From assembly GCA_963842525.1 (NCBI GenBank), contig CAWJGT010000009.1:864001-928000 (forward strand): a stretch of 64,000 nt of DNA, read 5' to 3'. Under the pieces are notes generated by a model that saw nothing but the letters and a program-made list of their open reading frames with translations, ran no database searches and had not been told where the DNA came from. The stretch is from an uncultured Holophagales bacterium. GTDB taxonomy: Bacteria > Acidobacteriota > Thermoanaerobaculia > Multivoradales > UBA5704. The translations under genes were made by a program, and so were the position numbers. Positions 41,083 through 50,936 of this stretch are shown here, one piece after another (positions within the stretch are counted from its first letter, which is position 1; the number at the start of each line of letters is the position of its first letter).

Positions 41083-43761
41083 ATGCCTGATGCAACAGAA
41101 GAGAAGGTTGCAGCAACAGAACCGACCGAGGAGAGGACCAAATCCACGCCACCCGCAGAGACCGCGGCGGCGGTCGCGGTGGCAGATCCGACCTCCGGAA
41201 ATGCAGAAGGTTCCTCGGCGCCCGATGAGGTCTCCGTCACAAATGAAAACAAGCAGAGCACCAAGGGGAAGGACATCGGGACCGTCAATAATCAACAGGC
41301 AGAGACGATTGTCAATAAGAAGAAGGTTAAGAAGATCATCAAGGTATTGAGAGAGCAGGGCGACGAGAAGGTAGTTTCTCACGATTTCACAGATCCCACT
41401 GATTTGCTGCCCAGCCACCCGCTAGAGAGTTTGGACCTGGAGACGGAGGGCCATGAGCAGCTCCTGGAGACTTTAGTCGAAAAGCATGCGATGGTGGTCA
41501 GCTCGTATGACCTCGATACGGCCGTGGCGGGGGCATATTCATTGATTCGTCATCAGCGATTCGCCACGTACGAAAGAAGAACGTTGATCCTCGGCCGTGA
41601 TAGCAATAAGGGTCGCGCTGACCTCACCATCGATCTGTTTCTTCGACAGGAGTATCGAGACCAAAAGCGGCAGATTATTTTGGTCCCGGTCGACCGCGAA
41701 GGAGATTTTCTAGCCTCTCTCCGGGACGTACACTCAATCTATGCGGAAACGATCCGGGAAAGCCTAAAGAAACGCGATGCCTTTCTCCTCTGCTCCGTTG
41801 GCTGCAAACTCCTTGGCCTCGAACCTGAACTCCTTCAATCCTACAGCACTTCGCTTTTTCATTGGCCTGTTCCTTTTCTCCCAACTACACTCTGTCGCTC
41901 CTTTGCTAGGGCCCGAGCAGTTGAGATCACAACGCAATTGCTGGATCAGAGAATTAGTGGTCTGTGGCCGAGGGCCCTCGGAGATTTCTACCATGATATC
42001 GCCCTTCACATGCGGAAGGGTCGGCTCGAAGAAGAGGTGCAGCGTCGCCTCGCGATAGTTCAGCGACCGGCGAGCGAGAAATTCCGAGAGACTCTAGAAC
42101 GACTCTCTCCGGAGGAGGTTTTTCGTGGCGATAGCGATGTTCATGCCGCTGCGGTGTACGTGGCAACATACTTTCAGGATCTGACGCCAAACGACTTTGA
42201 GCGCTTGGTGCGCGTTTTTCTGGGAAATCGGGTCTATATCACTGAAACGGAGTCGCAGGTGGTGACGGACGAGGGTGTTGTCCAGACACTCAAGAGGAAG
42301 GTCGAAAGGCCGCTAGTCGATCTCTGGCAGGACTCGCCGGACCGCATCCTGAATGAGTGCCATCTCGAAGCCATACCGCTGGCTACTGGGACGCAGGTCG
42401 TTGAATTCACCGCGCCTCATTTACGTAGGGACCTTAAAGATCTACTAGAGTCCAGATATCCGATCTTCCTCGCGCAGGCGTTTAGGCGCCTTCAGGAAGT
42501 TGGAATTCTGTTTGCTCACGACGTATCTATTGTTATAGTAGACAATCTCATTCGCCTTTCAGTAGAGCAAACAATCTCTGACCCTGCCTACTATAGCCGT
42601 GACTGGCTAGTGGATTTCGTACTCTCGCTTCGTGTTCACCTCCAGGCTGATGCGACACCCGAGGATTCTCCCGAGAAACTCCTCCTGCTGCTGATAAAGG
42701 ACAAGTATGAACGGTTGCGTATTCATTTTCTCGACCGCCTTACGCAGCTCATTCGCGAGATGCTGGAACATAGGGAGCTTCACGATACTGTACGCGGATT
42801 TCTCGATCGTCTGTTTGCGTATCGTGAAGACGACGCAGTCTTGTACATAGTCTTGGAGTTGGTCAAGCGGCTTCGTTTCAGTACAGAATTTGACGCCCTC
42901 TCCTGGATCAAGCGCATGCTTGACGAGAGAGGAAGTGAACTCCGTGCGAAGGCCTATCGTTGCCTGATGGACCTCTCTCTGGAGAGTGGCCCGCGGATTT
43001 TCGAGTTCCTCGAGGCGCTATACGGCTGGTTGCCGGCTGCCGACCGGGAGTCCCATCGTCTTTCGCGCGCAAATCGCCTTGCGCTCTTGTTCTTACCGCA
43101 TTATTGTTTCCGCACTACCTCGTCGTTTCTACCCAAATATTGCGGCGAATGGCCTTCGCGCTACGGACTCTTCAGTGCTTGCATCGTTGATCCAAAAAAG
43201 CTGCGAACGAAACTCGACCTCCTTGCATCTTGGCTCACTCATCCGGGAATGGTCGCTGTTCTGACGATCGACGAGCTTGTTTCCGAGAATGCAGAGTTCA
43301 CTCCTATGGTGGATTTGGTAGAAAGCTGGCTTTCGTCGTCGGTGCCCTGGCCGGATCTGTTCCTCGATGTCGACTCGCTGGAGATCGAGCTTCTTTCGAT
43401 GCTGGATTTTGAACCCGAGCAACTCCCATCCACCCTGATCGCCGACCTGCTCGAACAGTGGCTATGGATTCTGGAAGGCATAGTGGCCGAGGGGGGTGCA
43501 GATCCGGAAGCACACCGCCTTGCTAACGCCTTGCTCGCCTCCTTTGCGGAGCATGCAAGCCCTAAGCAGAAAAAGGGGTTTGAGCGGCGATGGCTCCGCA
43601 ACCAGCAGAGATATTGCGAGGAGATCAACCGCTTGCCGATCGGCCAGCGAGAGAGGCGGAAGGAGCTACAGGCGAAGCGCAAGAGGGTTATCGAGCTCAG
43701 GCATAGGTTTGCGGAAGTCGGGGCCTGCCGCCCCGAGCCGGAATCTCGGAGGCACTCATGA
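41083..43761 (+). CDS. Large protein with N-terminal motif, degenerate STAND/P-loop-like region and helical repeats
   Basis: Acidic disordered N-terminus. LVEKHAMVVSSYDLDTAVAGAYSLI sits where a Walker A would be, and RQIILVPVD is Walker-B-like. Leu-rich helical C-terminal half. The fold is inferred. Confidence 0.55.
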   Translation: MPDATEEKVAATEPTEERTKSTPPAETAAAVAVADPTSGNAEGSSAPDEVSVTNENKQSTKGKDIGTVNNQQAETIVNKKKVKKIIKVLREQGDEKVVSHDFTDPTDLLPSHPLESLDLETEGHEQLLETLVEKHAMVVSSYDLDTAVAGAYSLIRHQRFATYERRTLILGRDSNKGRADLTIDLFLRQEYRDQKRQIILVPVDREGDFLASLRDVHSIYAETIRESLKKRDAFLLCSVGCKLLGLEPELLQSYSTSLFHWPVPFLPTTLCRSFARARAVEITTQLLDQRISGLWPRALGDFYHDIALHMRKGRLEEEVQRRLAIVQRPASEKFRETLERLSPEEVFRGDSDVHAAAVYVATYFQDLTPNDFERLVRVFLGNRVYITETESQVVTDEGVVQTLKRKVERPLVDLWQDSPDRILNECHLEAIPLATGTQVVEFTAPHLRRDLKDLLESRYPIFLAQAFRRLQEVGILFAHDVSIVIVDNLIRLSVEQTISDPAYYSRDWLVDFVLSLRVHLQADATPEDSPEKLLLLLIKDKYERLRIHFLDRLTQLIREMLEHRELHDTVRGFLDRLFAYREDDAVLYIVLELVKRLRFSTEFDALSWIKRMLDERGSELRAKAYRCLMDLSLESGPRIFEFLEALYGWLPAADRESHRLSRANRLALLFLPHYCFRTTSSFLPKYCGEWPSRYGLFSACIVDPKKLRTKLDLLASWLTHPGMVAVLTIDELVSENAEFTPMVDLVESWLSSSVPWPDLFLDVDSLEIELLSMLDFEPEQLPSTLIADLLEQWLWILEGIVAEGGADPEAHRLANALLASFAEHASPKQKKGFERRWLRNQQRYCEEINRLPIGQRERRKELQAKRKRVIELRHRFAEVGACRPEPESRRHS

Positions 43762-46041
43762 GTCAAACGTATCCACTGGACGGTGTTATTCGCAGGTCGG
43801 AGCCAGCGTTGAGCCAGTCCGACCTTGACCCTGAAGAGCGCCTCGTCATCTTCGATGCGAAGGCGCGCCGGGTCCTCCCCAAGAAGCCGGTGCTCTCTTG
43901 GGGTAAGGACCTGCGATTCTTTGTGGTTTCTCTACACAGGCATCCTGTCGAATGCCAGGGCCCGGTTTTGCTCGTGAAGAGCATCACTACCCGCTCGTCC
44001 TTCAACCTCGAGTGCTCGTATGAGGCATATTGCGAGCGGGGGAACGAAGAAAAGCTGGTTGCGGCTGTTCACCGCGGCGAACATCCCGCAGCGGTGGTGA
44101 ATCAGTTCCTCTCGGACCGCTTCCAGGACTTCGTGGGCAAGCAGCGTGACGTTGGCCGGGACGTCTGTCTTGAATTCGTGCAGCTCCGTGCGGAAATCGA
44201 GTCGCATTTGGAAGGCCGTGCCTGCGACGAGCTGGGCATCACCCTCGACGTGTTCTTGCGGCCGCAGCTCGAGCCCAAGCTCGGTCCGGTTCCCATCAAG
44301 ACCGGATTTTTCCCGGTGCGCGTGCGCGACCACGATAAGGAGTTCCATGTCAAGGTAGAGGCCGAGCTTGCCGTGGACGAGGCGGAAAAGATGCGCGCTT
44401 TCCTGGCCTATCACCAAGTCAACGCGCTTGAAGAGACAGTCCGGCGGTGCGTTCGGCAGTTCCTGCAGGAGGAGGTCACCTTTCATGCGTTCAGTTATGA
44501 GTTCAATGGCTCGATCCGTGAGCGGCTAGTTGGTGTGATCAACGCGCACCTGCGCGAGCATGGCAGGAAGGTATCCTTTCTGCGGCTCGAAAGCCCAGTC
44601 ATCCAGGCCGCGGCGGCGGGTCTGCGGGAGATCGAACACACAGTGGAATGTGGGATCAGGGACTGCCAGGATAGAGTGCGTGTAAGCCACCGGCTCCAAA
44701 TGAGCCTGTGCGACCTGGGGCGGTTCCGGTCCTCGGGGATCGAGGACCTCGAGAAGTGGACACGCAGCCGGCTCGACGAGATCACCAGGGGGGCTCTCTT
44801 CGAAAAGAAGTATGTTGACCTCCTCCTCGGCTTCGGACCTCAAGAGAGTGAGATCAAGGCACGCATGGAGCGCGAGGCCGAGGGCATCGGTCATGCAGTA
44901 CGGCAGCTCATCGTCATTCCGGACCTCGACCCCTTGACCTGGAAGGATGGCATTCTCCTCGACAAGAACGACGATAGTTATGCGACGCAGGATTCGCGGG
45001 TCGAAGTCGGCCTAAACGTTGTCGTGCACCTGAAGATTGAACGTCTCGATAACGAGAAGATCACACGATACCTTACGCCACAAAGCCGGATCCGTGACGA
45101 TATACAGGACGCCATACGTAAGCAAACACGGCGGATCATGCATGGGATTGATCCCGAGAGCTTCTACATGCACTTCAGCCACACTGACGACCCCAACGGG
45201 CAGCCAGTGAAGGAGGTTATCGAGTCAGGAGTTGCCCAAGCCCTCGTCGGCCAGTTCGGGATCGATGAGATCCACGTTTTGGCCAAGCCTCTCGAGACGG
45301 ATCTCACGAAGCGCTTGGGAGCCCTTCAGCAGGGACCGCATATGCTCCAGGTGACCAGCCTTCCTCTGCGCAGCGGCGGCAAACGGGAGGAGGTCACTTA
45401 CCGCATGTATTTCGACGTGCTGGGCGTCCATGAAAAGGGCTGGCACACCTTCCGCCTGAAGAGCTTTGCCTCGCCAGAAGAAGAGCTCGAGCGAATCAAG
45501 GAGATCCTGCGCGAAGACATTCGCGGCGTGCTTGACACGGTTCCCAGTGATTACCTCCAATACAGCGATGTCAAGATCAAGCAGGAACTCGAGAGGATCT
45601 TCGCCACGACAATTCTCAAGATCGTCCGAACCTTCGGGGTTGTCATCGCAATCGTCAGCCTCCGGCGCGAGGCGACACGCGGTGAGGTCGCTGAGCATGA
45701 GGTGCTCGCGGGTGACATCGAGGTCAACAAGCGGGCGGCTCTCAAAGCGGCGGAGAGCGGCGCGGAGGCCAGGCTCGACCAACTCGAGATGCTGGAGCGG
45801 AAGGAACACGAATTGATCGAGGCGGGATCCGAGAGCGACGATGTCGAGCTCCGCGAGGTACGGCGGCGGATCGAGGAAGCTCCGTTCCGACCTCCTGGCC
45901 TACCCCTCAAAACAGGAAAAGCAGCACGTCCAGCCCTCCGCTCTGAATGACTTTGACTTCAAGGACTATGCCCAGCGGATCCTGACAGCGGGCGAATATA
46001 GGAAACAGCTCCAGGAAAAGATCGAGGGCGAAGGGTTGTGA
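43758..46041 (+). CDS. Protein with tandem SPFH/Band-7-like domains and C-terminal coiled coil (frameshift near 45890)
   Basis: ATGA-coupled. About five similar units end in ELGITLDV, EHGRKVSF, GIGHAVRQ, QFGIDEIH and TFGVVIAI. The tail in the 45841..46041 frame ends in a GTGA overlap with the next gene. Confidence 0.6.
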
Positions 46042-47633
46042 GCTATTTCGAGCGCATCGCTACCTCGGCGCCGGTCAGCCTTTTGAGAGAGCCTCGCTTC
46101 TGGCTGCAGAACCGCTCTATGGTAGCGACGGTCGTCGGCGGGTTGGTCTTCATCGCTGTCTCTCATCGCCTTACCTACTCGACCGGTGATCCTGCCGCCT
46201 GGCTCACGGTCATGATCCATCTGTCCGTCTTCTGGGGAATCTGGTTCGCCGTCCGCGCCCTGGCGAAGATCGAGGTGGAGGACGCAATCGCGCGGCTCGT
46301 CGAGAACCGGGCATCGCGGGAACTCGGCCGCATCCAGGGGAAGGTCGCGGACAGGATTTTCCTCGATCGACTCGAGACTGACTTCCTGCCCCACAACCCG
46401 AGCAGCGACAAGGGTATGCTGCGGCTCTTTCAGCACATCCTGGCGGAGGCGCGCGATCGGCGATTTCATCCCAACTCCATCGTGATGCAACCGTTTCGCG
46501 AAGAAAGCTTGGGAGATCTGCTCCGCATCCAGACGGTTCAGAGACTCGCACTGCAACTCGGCATTCTGGGCACCTTCGCGGGCTTGATCATCGCTCTCGC
46601 CGAGCTGAGCCGCAGTGGTAGAGACCTTCTGGAGCCGAAATCGCTCAACCTACTGTTCGGCGCCCTTCACCTCTCGTTTGGCACGAGCGTCGCCGGCCTC
46701 CAGGTAGCGATCATTCTCGCAGTGGCCATGTCGGTGGTGCGGCGCCGCCAGGAGTCGTTCTTCCAGGACATGGAGAGCGCCAGCGCGGCGATGATCTCGC
46801 TGGCGCGCAACTCCATCAATAGGGATGACTTCCTTGTGGAGTTCGAGCAGGTGCGCTCAGTGATGGCTCAGTTGAGCGATCGGGTTCGAGAGCAGAGCCG
46901 AGAGGCTGAGGTGCAGACAGAGACGATCCGGACAGGCCTCGGGCAACTCGCCTCTCTGAAGCTGGATTTCAACGGCTTCCTTGATCGGATCCGAGAGGAG
47001 CAGGGCCTCGTATTGGCCGAGATGAAGAGTGTTTACGAGCTTATCTCGCCCCGGCGGACTGCGGAAGAATTAGGAGAAACATTGACGCAGGCTCTGCAGC
47101 GGGTCTCCGACAGATTCCAAGCGAACCTGAAGCAAGGTGTTTCGGAGATCGACAAGGTCAATACTGGCCTCCGGCTGCTCAGCGAGGCCGGAGAGGAATC
47201 GCGCCTGCGCATGGAGCGGCAAACGGAAGACATGGAGCGCAGCCGGGCGGCGCTCCGCGGCGCTACTTCTGTCCTGGCGGAGTCTCTCGAAAAGACGGCG
47301 CGCATCCAAGCCGAGTTAGTGACAGCCACGGGCCGCCAGCCGCCGCCAGCGGGCGCTGTACAGGGACCGTTGGGCCGTTCTTCGCGGGAAGCTGACGAAA
47401 TTCGGGCTCCGGCCTTGGACGTGGCCTCGCGGCAGATCGAAGTGCTTTGTCGCGAGATGACGAGGAACAACGAGCTACTCAGTCAGATCCTCGCGCTCCA
47501 AGCGAGTTACATGTCGCTAGCGCGCAAACCACTCGAATGGGCTTCCTCGGCCAAGCCCTTCCTCAGAAAAGCAAAAAAGCGGCTTGCCGCCCGTTGGCCG
47601 ATCCGTCGGGAGAAGCAGGTTAAGGTACCATGA
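46038..47633 (+). CDS. MotA/TolQ/ExbB-family (ZorA-like) membrane protein with long coiled-coil tail
   Basis: ALQLGILGTFAGLIIAL and ALHLSFGTSVAGLQVAIIL proton-channel helices, two additional N-terminal TMs and a long heptad tail. Confidence 0.85.
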   Translation: MSYFERIATSAPVSLLREPRFWLQNRSMVATVVGGLVFIAVSHRLTYSTGDPAAWLTVMIHLSVFWGIWFAVRALAKIEVEDAIARLVENRASRELGRIQGKVADRIFLDRLETDFLPHNPSSDKGMLRLFQHILAEARDRRFHPNSIVMQPFREESLGDLLRIQTVQRLALQLGILGTFAGLIIALAELSRSGRDLLEPKSLNLLFGALHLSFGTSVAGLQVAIILAVAMSVVRRRQESFFQDMESASAAMISLARNSINRDDFLVEFEQVRSVMAQLSDRVREQSREAEVQTETIRTGLGQLASLKLDFNGFLDRIREEQGLVLAEMKSVYELISPRRTAEELGETLTQALQRVSDRFQANLKQGVSEIDKVNTGLRLLSEAGEESRLRMERQTEDMERSRAALRGATSVLAESLEKTARIQAELVTATGRQPPPAGAVQGPLGRSSREADEIRAPALDVASRQIEVLCREMTRNNELLSQILALQASYMSLARKPLEWASSAKPFLRKAKKRLAARWPIRREKQVKVP

Positions 47634-48370
47634 GAAAAGTTGAAGACCTCATTGAGGAGGACGAAGGCTACTTTGGTCCAGGTACCGACTTGGCGATCTC
47701 GCTCGCCGCGGTGTTTATGTTGATGATTGCAATCAAGGTCAGTGTGGAACAGGCCCGGAGAGGCAGTTACGAGATCGAGGCTGTCCGTGCTAACCAGATG
47801 CGCCTTGTCGACGCGCTGTCTTCTTATTATGGCACTCCTCGTGAAGATCTTGGCGAGGAACACTACGGCATTCTCATCGGCAAAGGCTCAGTTGCTTCTG
47901 ATCCTGACATCGATATACGGAACGAGGCGACTCTGCAGAGGCTCAGCTTCGGGAGTCATGTTCTGTTTGCGCCGGACAGGGTTGAGTTGCTGCCTGCTGG
48001 GCGGGCGGTTCTGAAAGTTGTGGGCGAGGTGCTTTCTACGAAGCTCGACCATGTCAGGGAGATCCACATCCAGGGTCATGCAGACCGGTTGAAGTCGAAA
48101 ACCTACGGCTCCAACCTCGAATTGGCGTCTCAGCGGGCGATCACAGTCTATCACGCCTTGACTGACTACGGTATTGATCCTTCTTGCGCGATTATGTCGG
48201 CAGCTTCCTTTGGCGATTATGTTCCGGTGCAGCGCACCAAGTCCGAAGGACCCTATTCGCAGGAAAGGTTGGCGAAGGATAACGATACTCCCGGAAAGCG
48301 AAGGGTGAACCGACGAATCGAGATTGTCTTGATCTATCGGGATGCTCGGTCATCGTCCAGAGCGAAGTAG
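47630..48370 (+). CDS. MotB/OmpA-family (ZorB-like) protein
   Basis: TM with conserved Asp (YFGPGTDLAISLAAVFMLMI). OmpA-like IQGHAD, NLELASQRA and NRRIEIVL. ATGA-coupled. Confidence 0.88.
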   Translation: MRKVEDLIEEDEGYFGPGTDLAISLAAVFMLMIAIKVSVEQARRGSYEIEAVRANQMRLVDALSSYYGTPREDLGEEHYGILIGKGSVASDPDIDIRNEATLQRLSFGSHVLFAPDRVELLPAGRAVLKVVGEVLSTKLDHVREIHIQGHADRLKSKTYGSNLELASQRAITVYHALTDYGIDPSCAIMSAASFGDYVPVQRTKSEGPYSQERLAKDNDTPGKRRVNRRIEIVLIYRDARSSSRAK

Positions 48371-48608
48371 GCATGGGCCAGAATGTCCCGTAGGCCCGCC
48401 ACCCCTCGCCAGTCCACCTCGGGATACCGCTGGCGGATCTCGTCCGGGATGTTCTTCGCTGCCTCTCCGAGGATTTCCAGATTGCGCAGCGTGGCGTCGT
48501 AGGCCATCTCGTCCGCCACGACTCGACCTGCCGGTCGTCGGTGTAGCGGATCACCTTCCGGGCCGCCTCCAGCATGTCGCGGAGGAAGAGCTCCCAGCTA
48601 CGCGACAC
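48334..48608 (-). pseudogene. HepT-like (DUF86) toxin, frameshifted and 3'-truncated
   Basis: FLRDMLEAARKV, a frame change, then DATLRNLEILGEAAKNIP...LRDILAHAYF. Ends abruptly inside the convergent ZorB-like gene. Confidence 0.75.
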
Positions 48609-48891
48609 GGATAGCCTCGGCCTCGACCAGGGGTGTTGCCCAAGGCTTCAGCCCCTTCTTCATCACGAGGTCGACCTGGCGCCCCAGATGGTCTTCGAGC
48701 CAGAATTTGAGGCGCATGTACTCGGTCAGACCTGGCGTTTCACGAAACTCGACCAGGACGTCCACGTCGCTTTCCGGTCCGGCTTCGTCCCGGGCCATGG
48801 ACCCGAAGAGGGCGATGGAGCAGACGCCAAAATGCTCCTCGAGCTCCTGCCGGTGTGAAGAAAGGAAGCCGATCACCTCGTCGCGTCTCAT
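48598..48891 (-). CDS. MNT-family nucleotidyltransferase antitoxin
   Basis: LFGSMARDEAGPESDVDVLVEF...GRQVDLV. Confidence 0.9.
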   Translation of the reverse strand: MRRDEVIGFLSSHRQELEEHFGVCSIALFGSMARDEAGPESDVDVLVEFRETPGLTEYMRLKFWLEDHLGRQVDLVMKKGLKPWATPLVEAEAIRVA

Positions 48892-48964
48892 GATCCGGAT
48901 ATCCTAGTCTAGTTCCTGTCCGTGGAGAGTTACCTTCCAGCGACTTAAAGACTTACGGTCAAGA

Positions 48965-49130
48965 ATGGCCCTCGAAGCTCAGCAGATGGCCCCTGAGGGC
49001 CGGCCGATGGCCTCAGGGGCGAGCAGATGGCCCTCGAGGGAGGCCGCGTTGCCCTCAAGGGCCGGCACGCCTCCCTCAAGGGCCAGCAGGGTGCCCCCAG
49101 GGGCCAATGCGCCTCCGTGCCAGGGCCGAC
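48965..49130. repeat. About 8 tandem ~21-bp units with palindromic core GCCCTCRAGGGC
   Basis: Units start at 48965, 48986, 49007, 49027, 49048, 49069, 49090 and 49111. Confidence 0.8.
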
Positions 49131-49257
49131 ACCCTATAGAGGTCCGGCGGCAGCGCATCGCTCTTCTGTTGCGAAAGAACCCTGAAGCCAACCGGCAGGG
49201 TGGCTTATCGCCGTTCCGCCCATATAATCCTCCCGCCTGAACTTGAGGGAGAACTTC

Positions 49258-50934
49258 ATGACTGTAGCGACTGCTGTGCCTTCCGACATCGCCCTGGCCC
49301 AGGCCGCCCGGATGCGGCCGATCGCGGACGTGGCTGCCGAGCTCGGGCTGACTCCGGAGGAGGTGCTTCCGTTTGGCCATCACAAGGCCAAGATCTCTAC
49401 CCGGATCAGCCGCAAGCCCAAGGGCCGGCTCGTCCTGGTCACCGGGATCAGCCCGACTCCGGCGGGGGAGGGCAAGTCGACCTGCACCATCGGAGTCGGC
49501 CAGGCGTTGCGGCGGCTCGGCAAGAAGGTCGTGGTCTGCATCCGCGAGCCCTCGCTCGGGCCGGTGTTCGGCGTCAAGGGCGGCGCGGCGGGCGGCGGCT
49601 ACGCCCAGGTCGTCCCCATGGACGAGATCAACCTCCACTTCACCGGCGACTTCCATGCCATCGCCGCGGCCCACAACCTGCTCTCGGCCCTGCTCGACAA
49701 CCACCTCTATCACGGCAACGCGCTGGGCATCGATACGCGGCGGATCACCTGGCCGCGCACCGTCGACATGAACGACCGGGCGTTGCGCTCGGTCGTCGTC
49801 GGCCTGGGCAAGATGAACGGCGGCCCGACCCGCGAGGACCGGTTCGTCATCATCGCCGGCAGCGAGGTCATGGCGCTCCTCTGCCTGGCGAGCGACATCC
49901 AGGACCTGGAGCGGCGCATCGGCCGCATCGTCGTCGGCCTCACCTACGACAAGAAGCCGGTCCGCGCCAGCGACCTCGGGGCCAGCGGCGCAATGACCCT
50001 GCTGCTCAAGGACGCGTTCCTGCCCAACCTGGTGCAGACCCTCGAGGGGGGGCCTGTGCTCGTCCACGGCGGCCCGTTCGGCAACATCGCGCACGGTTGC
50101 AACTCGATCGTCGCCACCAGGCTCGGCCTCTCCCTGAGCGACGTCGTGCTGACGGAGGCGGGGTTCGGCGCGGATCTCGGCGCCGAGAAGTTCTTCAACA
50201 TCAAGTGCCGCTTGGGCGAGCTCAACCCTGAAGCGGCGATCGTCGTCGCCACGGTGCGCGCCCTGAAGATGCACGGCGGCGTCAGGAAACAGGACCTCGG
50301 CACGCCGGACGTGGCGGCGCTGCGGCGCGGCCTCGCGAACCTCAAGGCGCACGTCGACGCGGTGGCGAAGTTCGGTGTCCCGGCCGTCGTGGCGATCAAT
50401 CGGTTCATCACGGACACGCAGGACGAGACCGACACCTTGCTCGACGCCTGCCGCGCGTGGGGCGTCCGCGCGGCGCTGACCGAGGTGTGGGAGAAGGGCG
50501 GCGCCGGCGGCGAGGACGTGGCGCGGGAGCTCCTCGCGGTCCTCGACGAGGGCAAGGCGAGCTTCAAGCCGCTCTACGACGCCAGCCTGCCGATCCACAA
50601 GAAAATCGAGGTCATCGCCCGCGAGATCTATGGCGCCGACGGCGTCGACTTCCTGCCGGCCGCGGAGAAAGCGATCCACCAGATCGAGGAGATGGGCTAC
50701 GGTGAGACGCCGGTCTGCATGGCGAAGACCCAGTATTCGCTCTCCGATGACCCGACGAAGCTGGGGCGCCCCACCGGCTTCCGGATCACCATCCGCGACG
50801 TCCACCTCTCGGCCGGAGCGGGTTTCGTCGTGGCGCTCACCGGCGAGATCATGACCATGCCCGGCCTGCCGAAGACGCCGTCCGCCGCCGGGATGCGCCT
50901 GCTTCCCGACGGCACGATCGAGGGGCTGTTCTAA
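49258..50934 (+). CDS. fhs: Formate--tetrahydrofolate ligase
   Basis: PTPAGEGKST, REPSLGPVFGVKGGAAGGG, HGGPFGNIAHGCNS, TEAGFGADLGAEKF and MTMPGLP. Confidence 0.97.
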   Translation: MTVATAVPSDIALAQAARMRPIADVAAELGLTPEEVLPFGHHKAKISTRISRKPKGRLVLVTGISPTPAGEGKSTCTIGVGQALRRLGKKVVVCIREPSLGPVFGVKGGAAGGGYAQVVPMDEINLHFTGDFHAIAAAHNLLSALLDNHLYHGNALGIDTRRITWPRTVDMNDRALRSVVVGLGKMNGGPTREDRFVIIAGSEVMALLCLASDIQDLERRIGRIVVGLTYDKKPVRASDLGASGAMTLLLKDAFLPNLVQTLEGGPVLVHGGPFGNIAHGCNSIVATRLGLSLSDVVLTEAGFGADLGAEKFFNIKCRLGELNPEAAIVVATVRALKMHGGVRKQDLGTPDVAALRRGLANLKAHVDAVAKFGVPAVVAINRFITDTQDETDTLLDACRAWGVRAALTEVWEKGGAGGEDVARELLAVLDEGKASFKPLYDASLPIHKKIEVIAREIYGADGVDFLPAAEKAIHQIEEMGYGETPVCMAKTQYSLSDDPTKLGRPTGFRITIRDVHLSAGAGFVVALTGEIMTMPGLPKTPSAAGMRLLPDGTIEGLF

Positions 50935-50936
50935 AG

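Noticed and set aside
46038-48370. Flagellar stator motAB or Tol/Exb genes
   Set aside because: No flagellar or tol/tonB context. The long coiled-coil tail and the location in an AT-shifted operon fit a ZorAB-like pair better.
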